Assembly (NCBI GenBank): GCA_964610125.1
Contig: CAZSUV010000002.1
Span: 120,940-184,939 of the forward strand
DNA: 64,000 bases
Source of the DNA: an uncultured Candidatus Saccharibacteria bacterium
Lineage (GTDB): Bacteria > Patescibacteriota > Dojkabacteria > SC72
Reading direction: 5' to 3'
The position numbers and the translations under genes are program-made. The first letter of the stretch is position 1, and every line of letters begins with the position of its first letter. Below, piece after piece: positions 47,001-55,281 of this stretch. The notes under the pieces were generated by a model, which searched no databases, was not told the DNA's origin, and was given only the letters and a program-made list of their open reading frames with translations.

Positions 47001-48224
47001 TTATGTCTTTACTGTGATATGACATAGCTGTTTTCCTACCTTGAGTAATAGTGATGGGTAGGAATCGATATCTATCTTTGAATCCCAATCTGATATCTTC
47101 TCATTATTTATCTTTACTGCTCCCTGATCGACTAATCTCCTAGCAATGGATTTACTTCCTGCAAAGCTAATTGCTACTAAAAGTTCTCCAATCTGGAATA
47201 CTGCCTTGTTTACTTTGATCTCTTGTATCTTTTCACTGTCTTCTTTGTTTTGGAATACCTCTTGGAAATATTGTTGTGCTTTCTGTGCCTCTTCTTTTGA
47301 TGTAATTTCTTCTGTTACTCTTAATGCTAATTCTTTTTTGAGTACCATTGGATTCTCGCCAGAATCTAATCTCTTCTTGTATGTTTCTAATTCTTCTAAT
47401 GTTGCTACTGTTAATATTTCAAATCCAATTAATATCATTCCATCGGTGAAGGTCATAACCTTGCCATAGATGTCTTCTGGTTTGTCATCCATTCTAATCA
47501 TATTCCCTGTGGTTTTTCCCATTTTGTCACCATTTGGATCTTCGAGTAATTTACCAGCTAAAACGATTTTTTCTTTCTTAAGGTGATTCATAACCATGTC
47601 TCTACCAGAAAGCATATTGAAGAGTTGGTCGTTTCCGCCTACTTCAATATCGATATCCATCATTACGGAATCATAGCCTTGCATTAATGGATACAAAAAT
47701 TCATTTAGATGAATTGGCTTGTTAGCTTCTAATCGCTTTTGGAACATGTCTCGCTTCAACAACTGTTGTACTGTAAATTCTGATGCTAGATTTACAATGT
47801 CTCCAAAGTTTAACTTTTCTAACCATGTACTGTTGTACATCACTTCTACTGGATTCTCCTCATTTTTCATATCAATGATGTGAGATGCCTGCTCAATATA
47901 TTTTTTCATATTGTTCTCTACATCTTCCTTGGTAAGCATCTTTCTTGTAGCTGCTTTATCAGTAGGATCCCCTATCCTTGCGGTGAAGTCTCCAATGAGG
48001 AATATTACATGATGTCCAAGCTTTCTAAAATCTTCTAATTTTCTCATTCCTACGCTATGTCCTATATGCAATGTCTCGCCGGTAGGATCAAAGCCTTGAT
48101 ATATGTTTAATCTTTGGCCTGAGAGTAGTTTTTCCTTTAGGGCGTCTTTCGAAGGGAGTATTTGTTCTACTCCCTTTTCTAAGATTCTTTGTATTATTTC
48201 TGGATCGGTTTTTACTGTTGTCAT
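47001..48224 (-). CDS. tyrS: tyrosyl-tRNA synthetase
   Basis: 'LHIGHSVGM' is the HIGH motif and 'KMGKTTGN' is the KMSKS motif. A C-terminal S4 domain ('IARRLVDQGAVKINNEKI') is present. The protein is 407 aa. Confidence 0.9.
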   Translation of the reverse strand: MTTVKTDPEIIQRILEKGVEQILPSKDALKEKLLSGQRLNIYQGFDPTGETLHIGHSVGMRKLEDFRKLGHHVIFLIGDFTARIGDPTDKAATRKMLTKEDVENNMKKYIEQASHIIDMKNEENPVEVMYNSTWLEKLNFGDIVNLASEFTVQQLLKRDMFQKRLEANKPIHLNEFLYPLMQGYDSVMMDIDIEVGGNDQLFNMLSGRDMVMNHLKKEKIVLAGKLLEDPNGDKMGKTTGNMIRMDDKPEDIYGKVMTFTDGMILIGFEILTVATLEELETYKKRLDSGENPMVLKKELALRVTEEITSKEEAQKAQQYFQEVFQNKEDSEKIQEIKVNKAVFQIGELLVAISFAGSKSIARRLVDQGAVKINNEKISDWDSKIDIDSYPSLLLKVGKQLCHITVKT

Positions 48225-48287
48225 GACGGAATAATTATATATGTAATTGATATATACAACAAGGGAAAGAGTGTATAATTATAGGTC

Positions 48288-48824
48288 ATGGAAAAGGAAG
48301 ATATTTATAAAGAAGAAATACTGGGGCTATTTAATATCTTTGAAGCATTAGATAAACAAGGTGTGCTTATACGAGAAAAATATCCCTCTAATTTTGATAT
48401 TTTTCTTAATTCTGTTCTGGAGGAGAAAGAGATATTGGAAATTAAGGCAGATTTAATAGAAATATTTCCAGATGTAATATTTGATTCTTCTGATGAAATA
48501 TCAATTGAAACGGGTAATCCGTTCTATCAAGAAAAGGACAGAGACTTTGTATACTCTGATTACGAAATTAATAATAAATCTTTGTATAATCAGGGCTATA
48601 TTAATGTCCGATATGGTAGACAGTGTGGAATGCTTTTTAGATTTTATCGTATTGATACCCTTGATAATTTTGTTATCGCCAACTTTTATAAATGGGAAGG
48701 AAATAATTATGATCGTAGTCCGATTGTTGATCGTAATAATGAAAAATACCGTAAATTGTTTAATCATTGTAATAATATTGTTATAAAAAGAATTCGAGCT
48801 TATTCTGTCTCTGGAATGACATAA
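48288..48824 (+). CDS. hypothetical small acidic protein (array member A)
   Basis: It is 178 aa with no recognisable motif. It contains 'LIEIFPDVIFDSSDE'. It is preceded by 'TATAATTATAGGTCATG'. Confidence 0.5.
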   Translation: MEKEDIYKEEILGLFNIFEALDKQGVLIREKYPSNFDIFLNSVLEEKEILEIKADLIEIFPDVIFDSSDEISIETGNPFYQEKDRDFVYSDYEINNKSLYNQGYINVRYGRQCGMLFRFYRIDTLDNFVIANFYKWEGNNYDRSPIVDRNNEKYRKLFNHCNNIVIKRIRAYSVSGMT

Positions 48825-48877
48825 GATTTGTTTTAAGAATTTCATTATGAATCCCTATAATGTATACTTAATAGGAT

Positions 48878-49474
48878 ATGGCAAACGTAGAACTTACAGA
48901 TATTGAAAGAGAAACATTTCCTGCCCTACCTCAGTTGTATGACTTAGTTAAGCTATCTCCTACGGGCTATCTTGAAATTGCAAGAGTGGGAAGGACTAAC
49001 TCAAGAGGAATTAAGGAAAATGCAATATTTTCTGGTGAAGAAACAACTGCTCTTATTGATGAATTATCAAAATGTTACGAACTATTTGTAACAAATGACA
49101 TTCAAAGTGTTCCAGATAAAATTGCGTTAAGTACTGATTCTTACAAAAGTAAATCTGGAAAAGGAGAAGAACGATTCTTTCAAGACTCATTACTGGACAC
49201 TACGGATTTTCGGGAGGAAGTTTTAGAGCAACAACTTACCATAGCTGTATATTTTTCAAAAAATAGCTGCGTAATTCTACACGTCACAGATGTAAAAACA
49301 GATAATCCAAAGGGTTCTGTGATACACAAATTTCCATCTAAGGAGAAATATAAAGGAATACGATATATAGAGTTAACAGAAGAATTGAAAGATCTGTTTG
49401 TATTAGCCCAAAGTCTAGTAATGAAAAAGGCAATGAATGGTGAATTGGAAGGTATAGAGTTTAATCATGAATAA
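48878..49474 (+). CDS. hypothetical small acidic protein (array member B)
   Basis: It is 198 aa with no recognisable motif. A TATAAT lies 21 nt upstream. Confidence 0.5.
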   Translation: MANVELTDIERETFPALPQLYDLVKLSPTGYLEIARVGRTNSRGIKENAIFSGEETTALIDELSKCYELFVTNDIQSVPDKIALSTDSYKSKSGKGEERFFQDSLLDTTDFREEVLEQQLTIAVYFSKNSCVILHVTDVKTDNPKGSVIHKFPSKEKYKGIRYIELTEELKDLFVLAQSLVMKKAMNGELEGIEFNHE

Positions 49475-49934
49475 TGTATCAATTACAGAACAATTGAACC
49501 TTGATCCCAATCTAGAAGCGGAATATTTAGATAGTACCCTTATCTTATCAGGTTTAACAGATATTCATTTTGCAAATGAAGAGGAATTCGTGAATAAGCC
49601 CACAGTATTTTATGCTGAAATCATACCATCTGAATATTCTTTAGAAATATATAATCGTTTCTTTGATATTTTTAATTCACAATTGAGTTTCTTTCCCAAA
49701 ATAGCAATAGATATTTCACATACAGATACAGAAATGTTAAGTATGAATATTGCATGCGATAGTTGTGCCATTACTTTTGAGATAGATACAAATTCAAAAA
49801 GTGGTATTGTAAAGCATAGACCAGCATATAAAGATGCTAAGGTGGTTAGTACATGGAAGGAGTATCCATATAAGGAGATATTTCTTTTAGGGAAGGCAGT
49901 GTTTGATTATTATTTAGGGGAAAATAGTTGTTAA
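49467..49934 (+). CDS. hypothetical small acidic protein (array member C)
   Basis: It is 155 aa and overlaps B by 8 nt. It contains 'LSFFPKIAIDISHTD'. Confidence 0.5.
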   Translation: MNNVSITEQLNLDPNLEAEYLDSTLILSGLTDIHFANEEEFVNKPTVFYAEIIPSEYSLEIYNRFFDIFNSQLSFFPKIAIDISHTDTEMLSMNIACDSCAITFEIDTNSKSGIVKHRPAYKDAKVVSTWKEYPYKEIFLLGKAVFDYYLGENSC

Positions 49935-49964
49935 AACAAGGAAAGAAGGATATAATTATAGGCT

Positions 49965-50450
49965 ATGACAGACCCCAAAGTTGCTGAAGATCAAAAAACA
50001 ATAGAATATTCTGAGATTGTAAACGAAATAGATCCATTTGGAACTAGTATTGAAAATCTCCCTTTTAGAATACGTCCATATTTTTATGGCGAAGATAGCA
50101 CTGATTTAAGTAAAATAAATGACGAGGATATTGCCTTGCTTAAAGCTGCTTTTCCAGATGTTGATATTGATGAATATTCTGAGGATACATTTGTGACTTG
50201 TAATATATTCCCAATGTATTTTACATTAGTTTTTCAGACTGAAAAATATTGTTTCTTCTCCACTTTCCCATTTCATGGATCTCCAACAGAGCCTTTTTTT
50301 GAAGAGTATAATGAAACAGGAACATCAGGGAAAATATCTTTGAGAAATGGTGCAACCGAAGATGTCTTTGGAAAGATCAAGTGTCTAAAAGATATCGTTA
50401 AGGGAAAAATTGATACAAAACTTGCTGAACTAGCAAGCAGTGCCAATTAA
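49965..50450 (+). CDS. hypothetical small acidic protein (array member D)
   Basis: It is 161 aa and contains 'LKAAFPDVDIDEYSED'. It is preceded by 'TATAATTATAGGCTATG', nearly identical to the element upstream of A. Confidence 0.5.
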   Translation: MTDPKVAEDQKTIEYSEIVNEIDPFGTSIENLPFRIRPYFYGEDSTDLSKINDEDIALLKAAFPDVDIDEYSEDTFVTCNIFPMYFTLVFQTEKYCFFSTFPFHGSPTEPFFEEYNETGTSGKISLRNGATEDVFGKIKCLKDIVKGKIDTKLAELASSAN

Positions 50451-50465
50451 AGAAATACAAAACCT

Positions 50466-50918
50466 ATGTCTCTTGAACTTCTAGAAAAAACAGATATTAA
50501 TCAATTAGTATATGAGCTATCCTCAGTAAAAGATCTTGTAAATTCTCTTCCAAACAAGTGTATCATAGAAGAAGTGACAGGTAGTGAAGATATCTCTGAT
50601 ATATATCTAGGACTTAGGAAGAGTAGTCTCTTGATATATGATTTATTTCCTAATGAAATTGAGACCGTACAGATCTATTCTACTCTTATCAATGAGGATG
50701 AATATTCTCAATCATTTATCATTGGTTGTACAATGAATAATGCTTTGTTTCAGTTAAGAATCGTAACAGATGGATTGGGGAAGATAGATAAAGTATTAAT
50801 TGAGCAGTACAGAGATAGTAATTCTTTAACAATTACCTGTGAAGAATGTATAAAACTAAAGGAATTTGAAATGGCAATGGTATTAAAAGATATATTAACA
50901 AAAGAAGTTGTAAAATAG
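50466..50918 (+). CDS. hypothetical small acidic protein (array member E)
   Basis: It is 150 aa and contains 'LIYDLFPNEIETVQI'. Confidence 0.5.
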   Translation: MSLELLEKTDINQLVYELSSVKDLVNSLPNKCIIEEVTGSEDISDIYLGLRKSSLLIYDLFPNEIETVQIYSTLINEDEYSQSFIIGCTMNNALFQLRIVTDGLGKIDKVLIEQYRDSNSLTITCEECIKLKEFEMAMVLKDILTKEVVK

Positions 50919-51099
50919 CTATAGGTTTAAATTCCAATTAAGAATTGATATAATACTGTAAATTATGATTTATAAATAATCATAATCTCTTGTACTTTTA
51001 AAACAAAATATCTTTCAAATATTGTATACGACATTAAGATTATATTTCTAATGTAATTTTTATGTCGTATGCAAGTTCATCTATGTTCAAGGAGAAAAA

Positions 51100-51540
51100 A
51101 TGGCAACGAAATTAGGAATGTTATTAAATGATTATGAAAGTGCAATAAAAATGTGGTTGGCCGATTCTTGGTCTCCAGTACTATCAAATTTGTACAAAAC
51201 GCTTTTGATTGATGTCAGAGCATTAACTGTCGTGATGGAGGAACGTTTTTTGCCAGTATGGCAAAAGTGGGTATTTTCTCAAATAGCATACACTCCCAAT
51301 GGAGATTGGAAAAAGTGCTATCCTAGTGTGAATACTGTGTTTCTCCAAAAAGGGGAGACATATATAGTATCTTTTTCAAATGAAGGAAATGATCCATATG
51401 TTTCCTTCGAAATTGAAAACGATGCTGCAAAGGGTACTACCAGATTTCATTTCTTTGAAATGAATGGAACGGTGCAGCAAGCGCTTTACCTAATTAATCT
51501 CTTCTGTGATTTCGCGGAAATGGAGGAAGAACATATTTGA
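51100..51540 (+). CDS. hypothetical small acidic protein (array member F)
   Basis: It is 146 aa with a good RBS ('AAGGAGaaaaaATG'). A 180-bp AT-rich spacer with inverted repeats separates it from E. Confidence 0.5.
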   Translation: MATKLGMLLNDYESAIKMWLADSWSPVLSNLYKTLLIDVRALTVVMEERFLPVWQKWVFSQIAYTPNGDWKKCYPSVNTVFLQKGETYIVSFSNEGNDPYVSFEIENDAAKGTTRFHFFEMNGTVQQALYLINLFCDFAEMEEEHI

Positions 51541-51558
51541 AAAGTACAAGAGAACGGT

Positions 51559-51591
51559 AACCACTATGGTTATATATATTACATAGTGGTT
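51559..51591. terminator. stem-loop between convergent genes (array member F and rarA)
   Basis: 'AACCACTATGgttatatatattaCATAGTGGTT' is a perfect 10-bp inverted repeat. It is not followed by a clean T-run on either strand. Confidence 0.4.
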
Positions 51592-51599
51592 ATCGCTTC

Positions 51600-52811
51600 T
51601 CAGGAAAGATATTTCTTGTTCTTCAATCTATCTGGTAAACACTGTTGATCTGATTTCTTGTTAGCTAAATCATGATCATATTCATAACCCTTACCATATC
51701 CCAAATCTTTCATTAGTTTTGTTTCAGGATTACGTATATTTAAAGGTACAGGAAGATTCCCATATGTCTCAATATCCTTCTTTACCTCTAACTCTACTTT
51801 GTAAGCGGTATTGTCTTTAGGAGCCTTGGAAAGATATATAGCTAATTGCATAAGCAAAGTCTCACACTCAGGCATACCAAGCTTCTGACATGCTTCATAT
51901 ACACTGTTTGCTAATACCAAAGCATTAGGATCTGCATTGCCCACATCCTCACTAGAAAATCTTAGAAGTCTTCGAGCAATATACAGAGGATCTTCTCCAC
52001 CGCTTAACATCCTACCTACCCAGTAACATGCTGCATCTGGATTAGATGATCTCATGGACTTATGTATTGCGGATATGATGTTGTAATGTTCTTCCCCAGT
52101 TTTGTCATAGTAGACCGGTTTTTGAATTGCACTCATTAGAAGTTCTGTGGTTACTTTAGCTTTCTCATCTTTCTTTTGTGCAGATGTAGCTAATGTAGTA
52201 GCCATTTCTAATATGTTCAACGCTGAACGGATATCTCCATTGGATAGATTCCCCATTATTTCTAATTCTTTCTTCCCTATACCAATATTTGGATATTCTT
52301 GTTTTGCAATCCTCTTTATGAGTTTGGATATATCTTCTTCAGTTGGTTGTTTAAATACAAAGACCTTGGTTCTAGAAAGCAATGCGCTATTTACTGTGAA
52401 TGAGGGATTTTCTGTTGTAGCTCCTATGAGTATTACTATGCCTTTTTCCACATATGGTAGTAATGCATCTTGTTGAGCTTTATTCCATCTGTGTATTTCA
52501 TCTAAAAAAAGGATTGTCTTCTTTCCATATTGTTGGTTATTTAGTGCTACCTTTATAATCTTTCTTAATTGCTCTTTCCCTGCGGATACTGCTTGGAGTT
52601 TGTGAAAATCGTAGAAGAGATTAAGTGAGATTATATATGCTAATGTGGTTTTTCCTGTTCCAGGTGGCCCCCAGAATATCATTGAGGGTATGTTACCTGA
52701 TTCTATGAACTTTCTAATGGGTCCGTTTTCTCCTACTAGGTGTTCTTGACCTATGAAGTCTTCTAATGTCTTGGGCCTATATTTTGATGCTAATGGTTCA
52801 TATGCTGGCAT
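51600..52811 (-). CDS. rarA: replication-associated recombination protein A (RarA/MgsA AAA+ ATPase)
   Basis: 'ASKYRPKTLEDFIGQEHL' is present, 'WGPPGTGKTTLA' is the Walker A motif and 'ILFLDEIHRWNKAQQDALL' is also present. The protein is 403 aa. Confidence 0.9.
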   Translation of the reverse strand: MPAYEPLASKYRPKTLEDFIGQEHLVGENGPIRKFIESGNIPSMIFWGPPGTGKTTLAYIISLNLFYDFHKLQAVSAGKEQLRKIIKVALNNQQYGKKTILFLDEIHRWNKAQQDALLPYVEKGIVILIGATTENPSFTVNSALLSRTKVFVFKQPTEEDISKLIKRIAKQEYPNIGIGKKELEIMGNLSNGDIRSALNILEMATTLATSAQKKDEKAKVTTELLMSAIQKPVYYDKTGEEHYNIISAIHKSMRSSNPDAACYWVGRMLSGGEDPLYIARRLLRFSSEDVGNADPNALVLANSVYEACQKLGMPECETLLMQLAIYLSKAPKDNTAYKVELEVKKDIETYGNLPVPLNIRNPETKLMKDLGYGKGYEYDHDLANKKSDQQCLPDRLKNKKYLS

Positions 52812-52872
52812 ATGTGTATTATACCATTGTGTGTGTAGTATAATTCGAATAACCTACGAAAGAGGAGGATGA

Positions 52873-53013
52873 GATGGGACTTGGGAATGTTAGTGGACAT
52901 GACCAGAAAGAACGACCTTGTGTAGACAAGGTTACTAGATTACGTACGTGGGGCACAATCATTTTGGGTGTATTGTTGCTCTTGTTCTTGTCGTTCATTC
53001 ACTTTTTTTGTTA
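52873..53013 (+). CDS. small (46 aa) tail-anchored peptide, module 1
   Basis: The hand translation is 'MGLGNVSGHDQKERPCVDKVTRLRTWGTIILGVLLLLFLSFIHFFC'. A strong RBS 'GAGGAGG' lies 6 nt upstream and a TATAAT lies about 30 nt upstream. The peptide is not in the ORF track. Confidence 0.4.
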
Positions 53014-53075
53014 GGTCTCAGAGGGGGATTATATGCTTCAATGCACTATGTATAACCCCCTCCTTAGATTCTTCC
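53014..53075. repeat. conserved hairpin element, copy 1 (immediately 3' of small ORF 1)
   Basis: The sequence is 'gtctcAGAGGGGGATTATATgcttcaatgcacTATGTATAACCCCCTCCttagattcttcc'. It has an imperfect 13-15-bp stem and shares the loop 'GCTTCAATGCAC' and the 3' tail 'TTAGATT.TTC' with copy 2. Confidence 0.45.
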
Positions 53076-53081
53076 ATACTT

Positions 53082-53108
53082 GAAATTATGTTGGTAAAAG
53101 GAGTATAA
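53082..53108 (+). promoter_or_regulatory. sigma70-type promoter TTGAAA-N18-TATAAT for small ORF 2
   Basis: The sequence reads 'TTGAAAttatgttggtaaaaggagTATAAT'. It lies about 55 nt upstream of the 53162 ATG. Confidence 0.4.
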
Positions 53109-53161
53109 TGACCACCGCATCATTGAAAAATGAGCAAACCCTAGCACATATAAGGAGAAAG

Positions 53162-53314
53162 AATGAATTTCGGTTTTGTAAATGCCAAACCAGTAATGCA
53201 ATATGAGGATAATCCTCAAAAAGGATTTAGAAGCCCAGTTTTGCGGATTGCAAAAGCTTCACTTCCCTATACATTTATTTTTGGCCTATTAATCGCAAAG
53301 CTTTTTCTTCACTA
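53162..53314 (+). CDS. small (50 aa) tail-anchored peptide, module 2
   Basis: The hand translation is 'MNFGFVNAKPVMQYEDNPQKGFRSPVLRIAKASLPYTFIFGLLIAKLFLH'. An RBS 'AAGGAG' lies 8 nt upstream. The architecture matches module 1, with a hydrophilic basic N-terminus and a C-terminal transmembrane segment. Confidence 0.4.
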
Positions 53315-53368
53315 GGCCCCTGAGAGGGATATACGCTTCAATGCACATATCCCTCTTTAGATTTTCTT
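53315..53368. repeat. conserved hairpin element, copy 2 (immediately 3' of small ORF 2)
   Basis: The sequence is 'gcccctgAGAGGGATATacgcttcaatgcacATATCCCTCTttagattttcttc'. It has a perfect 10-bp stem and the same loop core and tail as copy 1. Confidence 0.45.
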
Positions 53369-53584
53369 CTGAATTGAATTAAATACCACCCCATAGTATA
53401 ATATATGTATATCTATTAACTTAGTTATAGATATATCTGCTCATTAAAAAGGATCTAGGTATCTCCTGTTTAGCTTGCTTAATACAATATGATTTTCACT
53501 ATATATGTGGAAGTTTTGTTGTGTTAAAGCAAGTTAATCAATTAACCCTTGAAAGAGGGAATTAAAAATAAGGAGAAAAAGAAA

Positions 53585-53938
53585 ATGGAAAGTTACATAT
53601 GGTTTTATGTTATTGGAATGTTGGTTCTAATTGGATTGAATATCATCCAATTAATCCGAAGCTCTGGTAAAAAGGTAATAAATTGGATTCAAATTGCCAT
53701 ATATGCTGGTTCGATAATTTGGTTTGTTTTTTGCCTTGTTGGTTTATATGCAAGTTGGTTCTTTTTTGGAACCTCTATTGCGTATATCCTGGCATTTGCT
53801 TTTGAATGTGGGCAATTATCAATCAAATTTTCAAATAAAGCTGAAAAAAAACTGGGATTTGACTTCTTAATTGTTTTTATGGCCTTTCTACCCGTGATAT
53901 TCTCTCAGGCAATTCTTGCAAACGTTCTTCCATTCTAA
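53585..53938 (+). CDS. small polytopic membrane protein
   Basis: 'MESYIWFYVIGMLVLIGLNII...' has three or four hydrophobic helices. The RBS 'AAGGAGaaaaagaaaATG' favours this start over the ORF-track start at 53549. Confidence 0.5.
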   Translation: MESYIWFYVIGMLVLIGLNIIQLIRSSGKKVINWIQIAIYAGSIIWFVFCLVGLYASWFFFGTSIAYILAFAFECGQLSIKFSNKAEKKLGFDFLIVFMAFLPVIFSQAILANVLPF

Positions 53939-53960
53939 ATACTAGATTCTTCACAAAAAT

Positions 53961-53990
53961 ACCGGGAGGTTTTTCCAAAAACCTCTCGGT
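53961..53990. terminator. bidirectional stem-loop terminator between convergent genes
   Basis: 'ACCGGGAGGTTTTTccAAAAACCTCTCGGT' is a stem of about 13 bp containing one G·T pair and is flanked by A/T runs. Confidence 0.55.
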
Positions 53991-54004
53991 ATGATCTAGC
54001 TATC

Positions 54005-54538
54005 CTATTTGTAAATATATAATTCCTTCCCATTACTCAATTTCATCTTCTCCTCCCCCTTCAATCCTTTAACATTGTATATATACGAATATACTTCCCC
54101 ACCCTTCTTTACAAATTCCTCTAACTTAGGTCCTAGTATCCCCATACTCTTTTCATCCAAAAAACAATATATCTTTGTAGCTTTAGAAATATCAACCTTA
54201 AAAACATTCTGAGCATCAAATATAATTTCTTTTTGTAATGGAAATCTAAATGTTCTAATTACATTTGCCCATATAATACTTAATGGAGAGATATCATATC
54301 CAATACACTTCCCATGCCCTCTCTCATACATCTTAAATACTAATCTACCATCTCCACTACCCAAATCTACAAATACATCCTTTTTAGAAGGATCCATTAA
54401 ATCAGCAATCTCATCTAAAACCTTAGAAGGAGTCTTAACCATTGGAGAAAGCAATGCATTTACTAATATGGAAAGAATTGTACAAAGGAATAGTAATACA
54501 AAAGTAATTATAATCCCTAAGGTAATACCATTTAACAT
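54005..54538 (-). CDS. membrane-anchored class I SAM-dependent methyltransferase
   Basis: It has an N-terminal transmembrane helix ('ITLGIIITFVLLFLCTILSILV') followed by 'VFVDLGSGDGRLVF' (motif I, GxGxG). The protein is 177 aa. Confidence 0.65.
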   Translation of the reverse strand: MLNGITLGIIITFVLLFLCTILSILVNALLSPMVKTPSKVLDEIADLMDPSKKDVFVDLGSGDGRLVFKMYERGHGKCIGYDISPLSIIWANVIRTFRFPLQKEIIFDAQNVFKVDISKATKIYCFLDEKSMGILGPKLEEFVKKGGEVYSYIYNVKGLKGEEKMKLSNGKELYIYK

Positions 54539-54576
54539 TGTGATATCATACTAATGTAAATTATATATCTAGATAC

Positions 54577-55281
54577 ATGATAGACGGAATTTTACTAATA
54601 GACAAGGAGGAAGGTATAACATCCTACGATGTTATTAGACACCTCAAATATCTCCTACCAAGAAAATACAAAATTGGTCATGCAGGTACCTTAGACCCAT
54701 TTGCTACTGGACTCTTGGTTGTACTTGTTGGTAAAGCTACAAAGCTAATGGATACTATTCATGGATTAGAAAAAGAATATGAAGTAAAGGCAGAATTTGG
54801 ATATGCAACGGATACACAAGATTGTACTGGAGAAAAAACAAATATATCCTCTACTACATTGGAAATATCAAAGGAAGAATTGGAAGAAAATATTAAGAAG
54901 TATTTCATTGGAGATATCTCTCAACTTCCCCCACAGTATTCAGCTAAGAAGATAAACGGACAAAAAGCATATGACTTAGCAAGACAAGGAAAAGAAGTTG
55001 AACTCAAACCAAAAGATATCCATATTTCTAAATATGAAATTATTAAATATGAATGGCCATTTGTTACATTTCGAGTAGTTTGTTCTACTGGAACATATAT
55101 TAGGACATTGGTAAATAATCTTGGAGAGAAGGTAGGAACCTATGCAACAGCGGTTGCACTCCGTAGAACTCAGGTTGGAGAGTTTAATGTAAATAATGCC
55201 ATATCAACAAAAGCTATCAATGAAGGCACTTTAGAGAGTATAATAGAGATAGATAAAGTAAAGGAGATATTAAAGATATGA
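54577..55281 (+). CDS. truB: tRNA pseudouridine(55) synthase
   Basis: 'GILLIDKEEGITSYDVIRHLK...KIGHAGTLDPFATGLLVVLVGKATK' is the TruB catalytic-Asp motif. Confidence 0.9.
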   Translation: MIDGILLIDKEEGITSYDVIRHLKYLLPRKYKIGHAGTLDPFATGLLVVLVGKATKLMDTIHGLEKEYEVKAEFGYATDTQDCTGEKTNISSTTLEISKEELEENIKKYFIGDISQLPPQYSAKKINGQKAYDLARQGKEVELKPKDIHISKYEIIKYEWPFVTFRVVCSTGTYIRTLVNNLGEKVGTYATAVALRRTQVGEFNVNNAISTKAINEGTLESIIEIDKVKEILKI

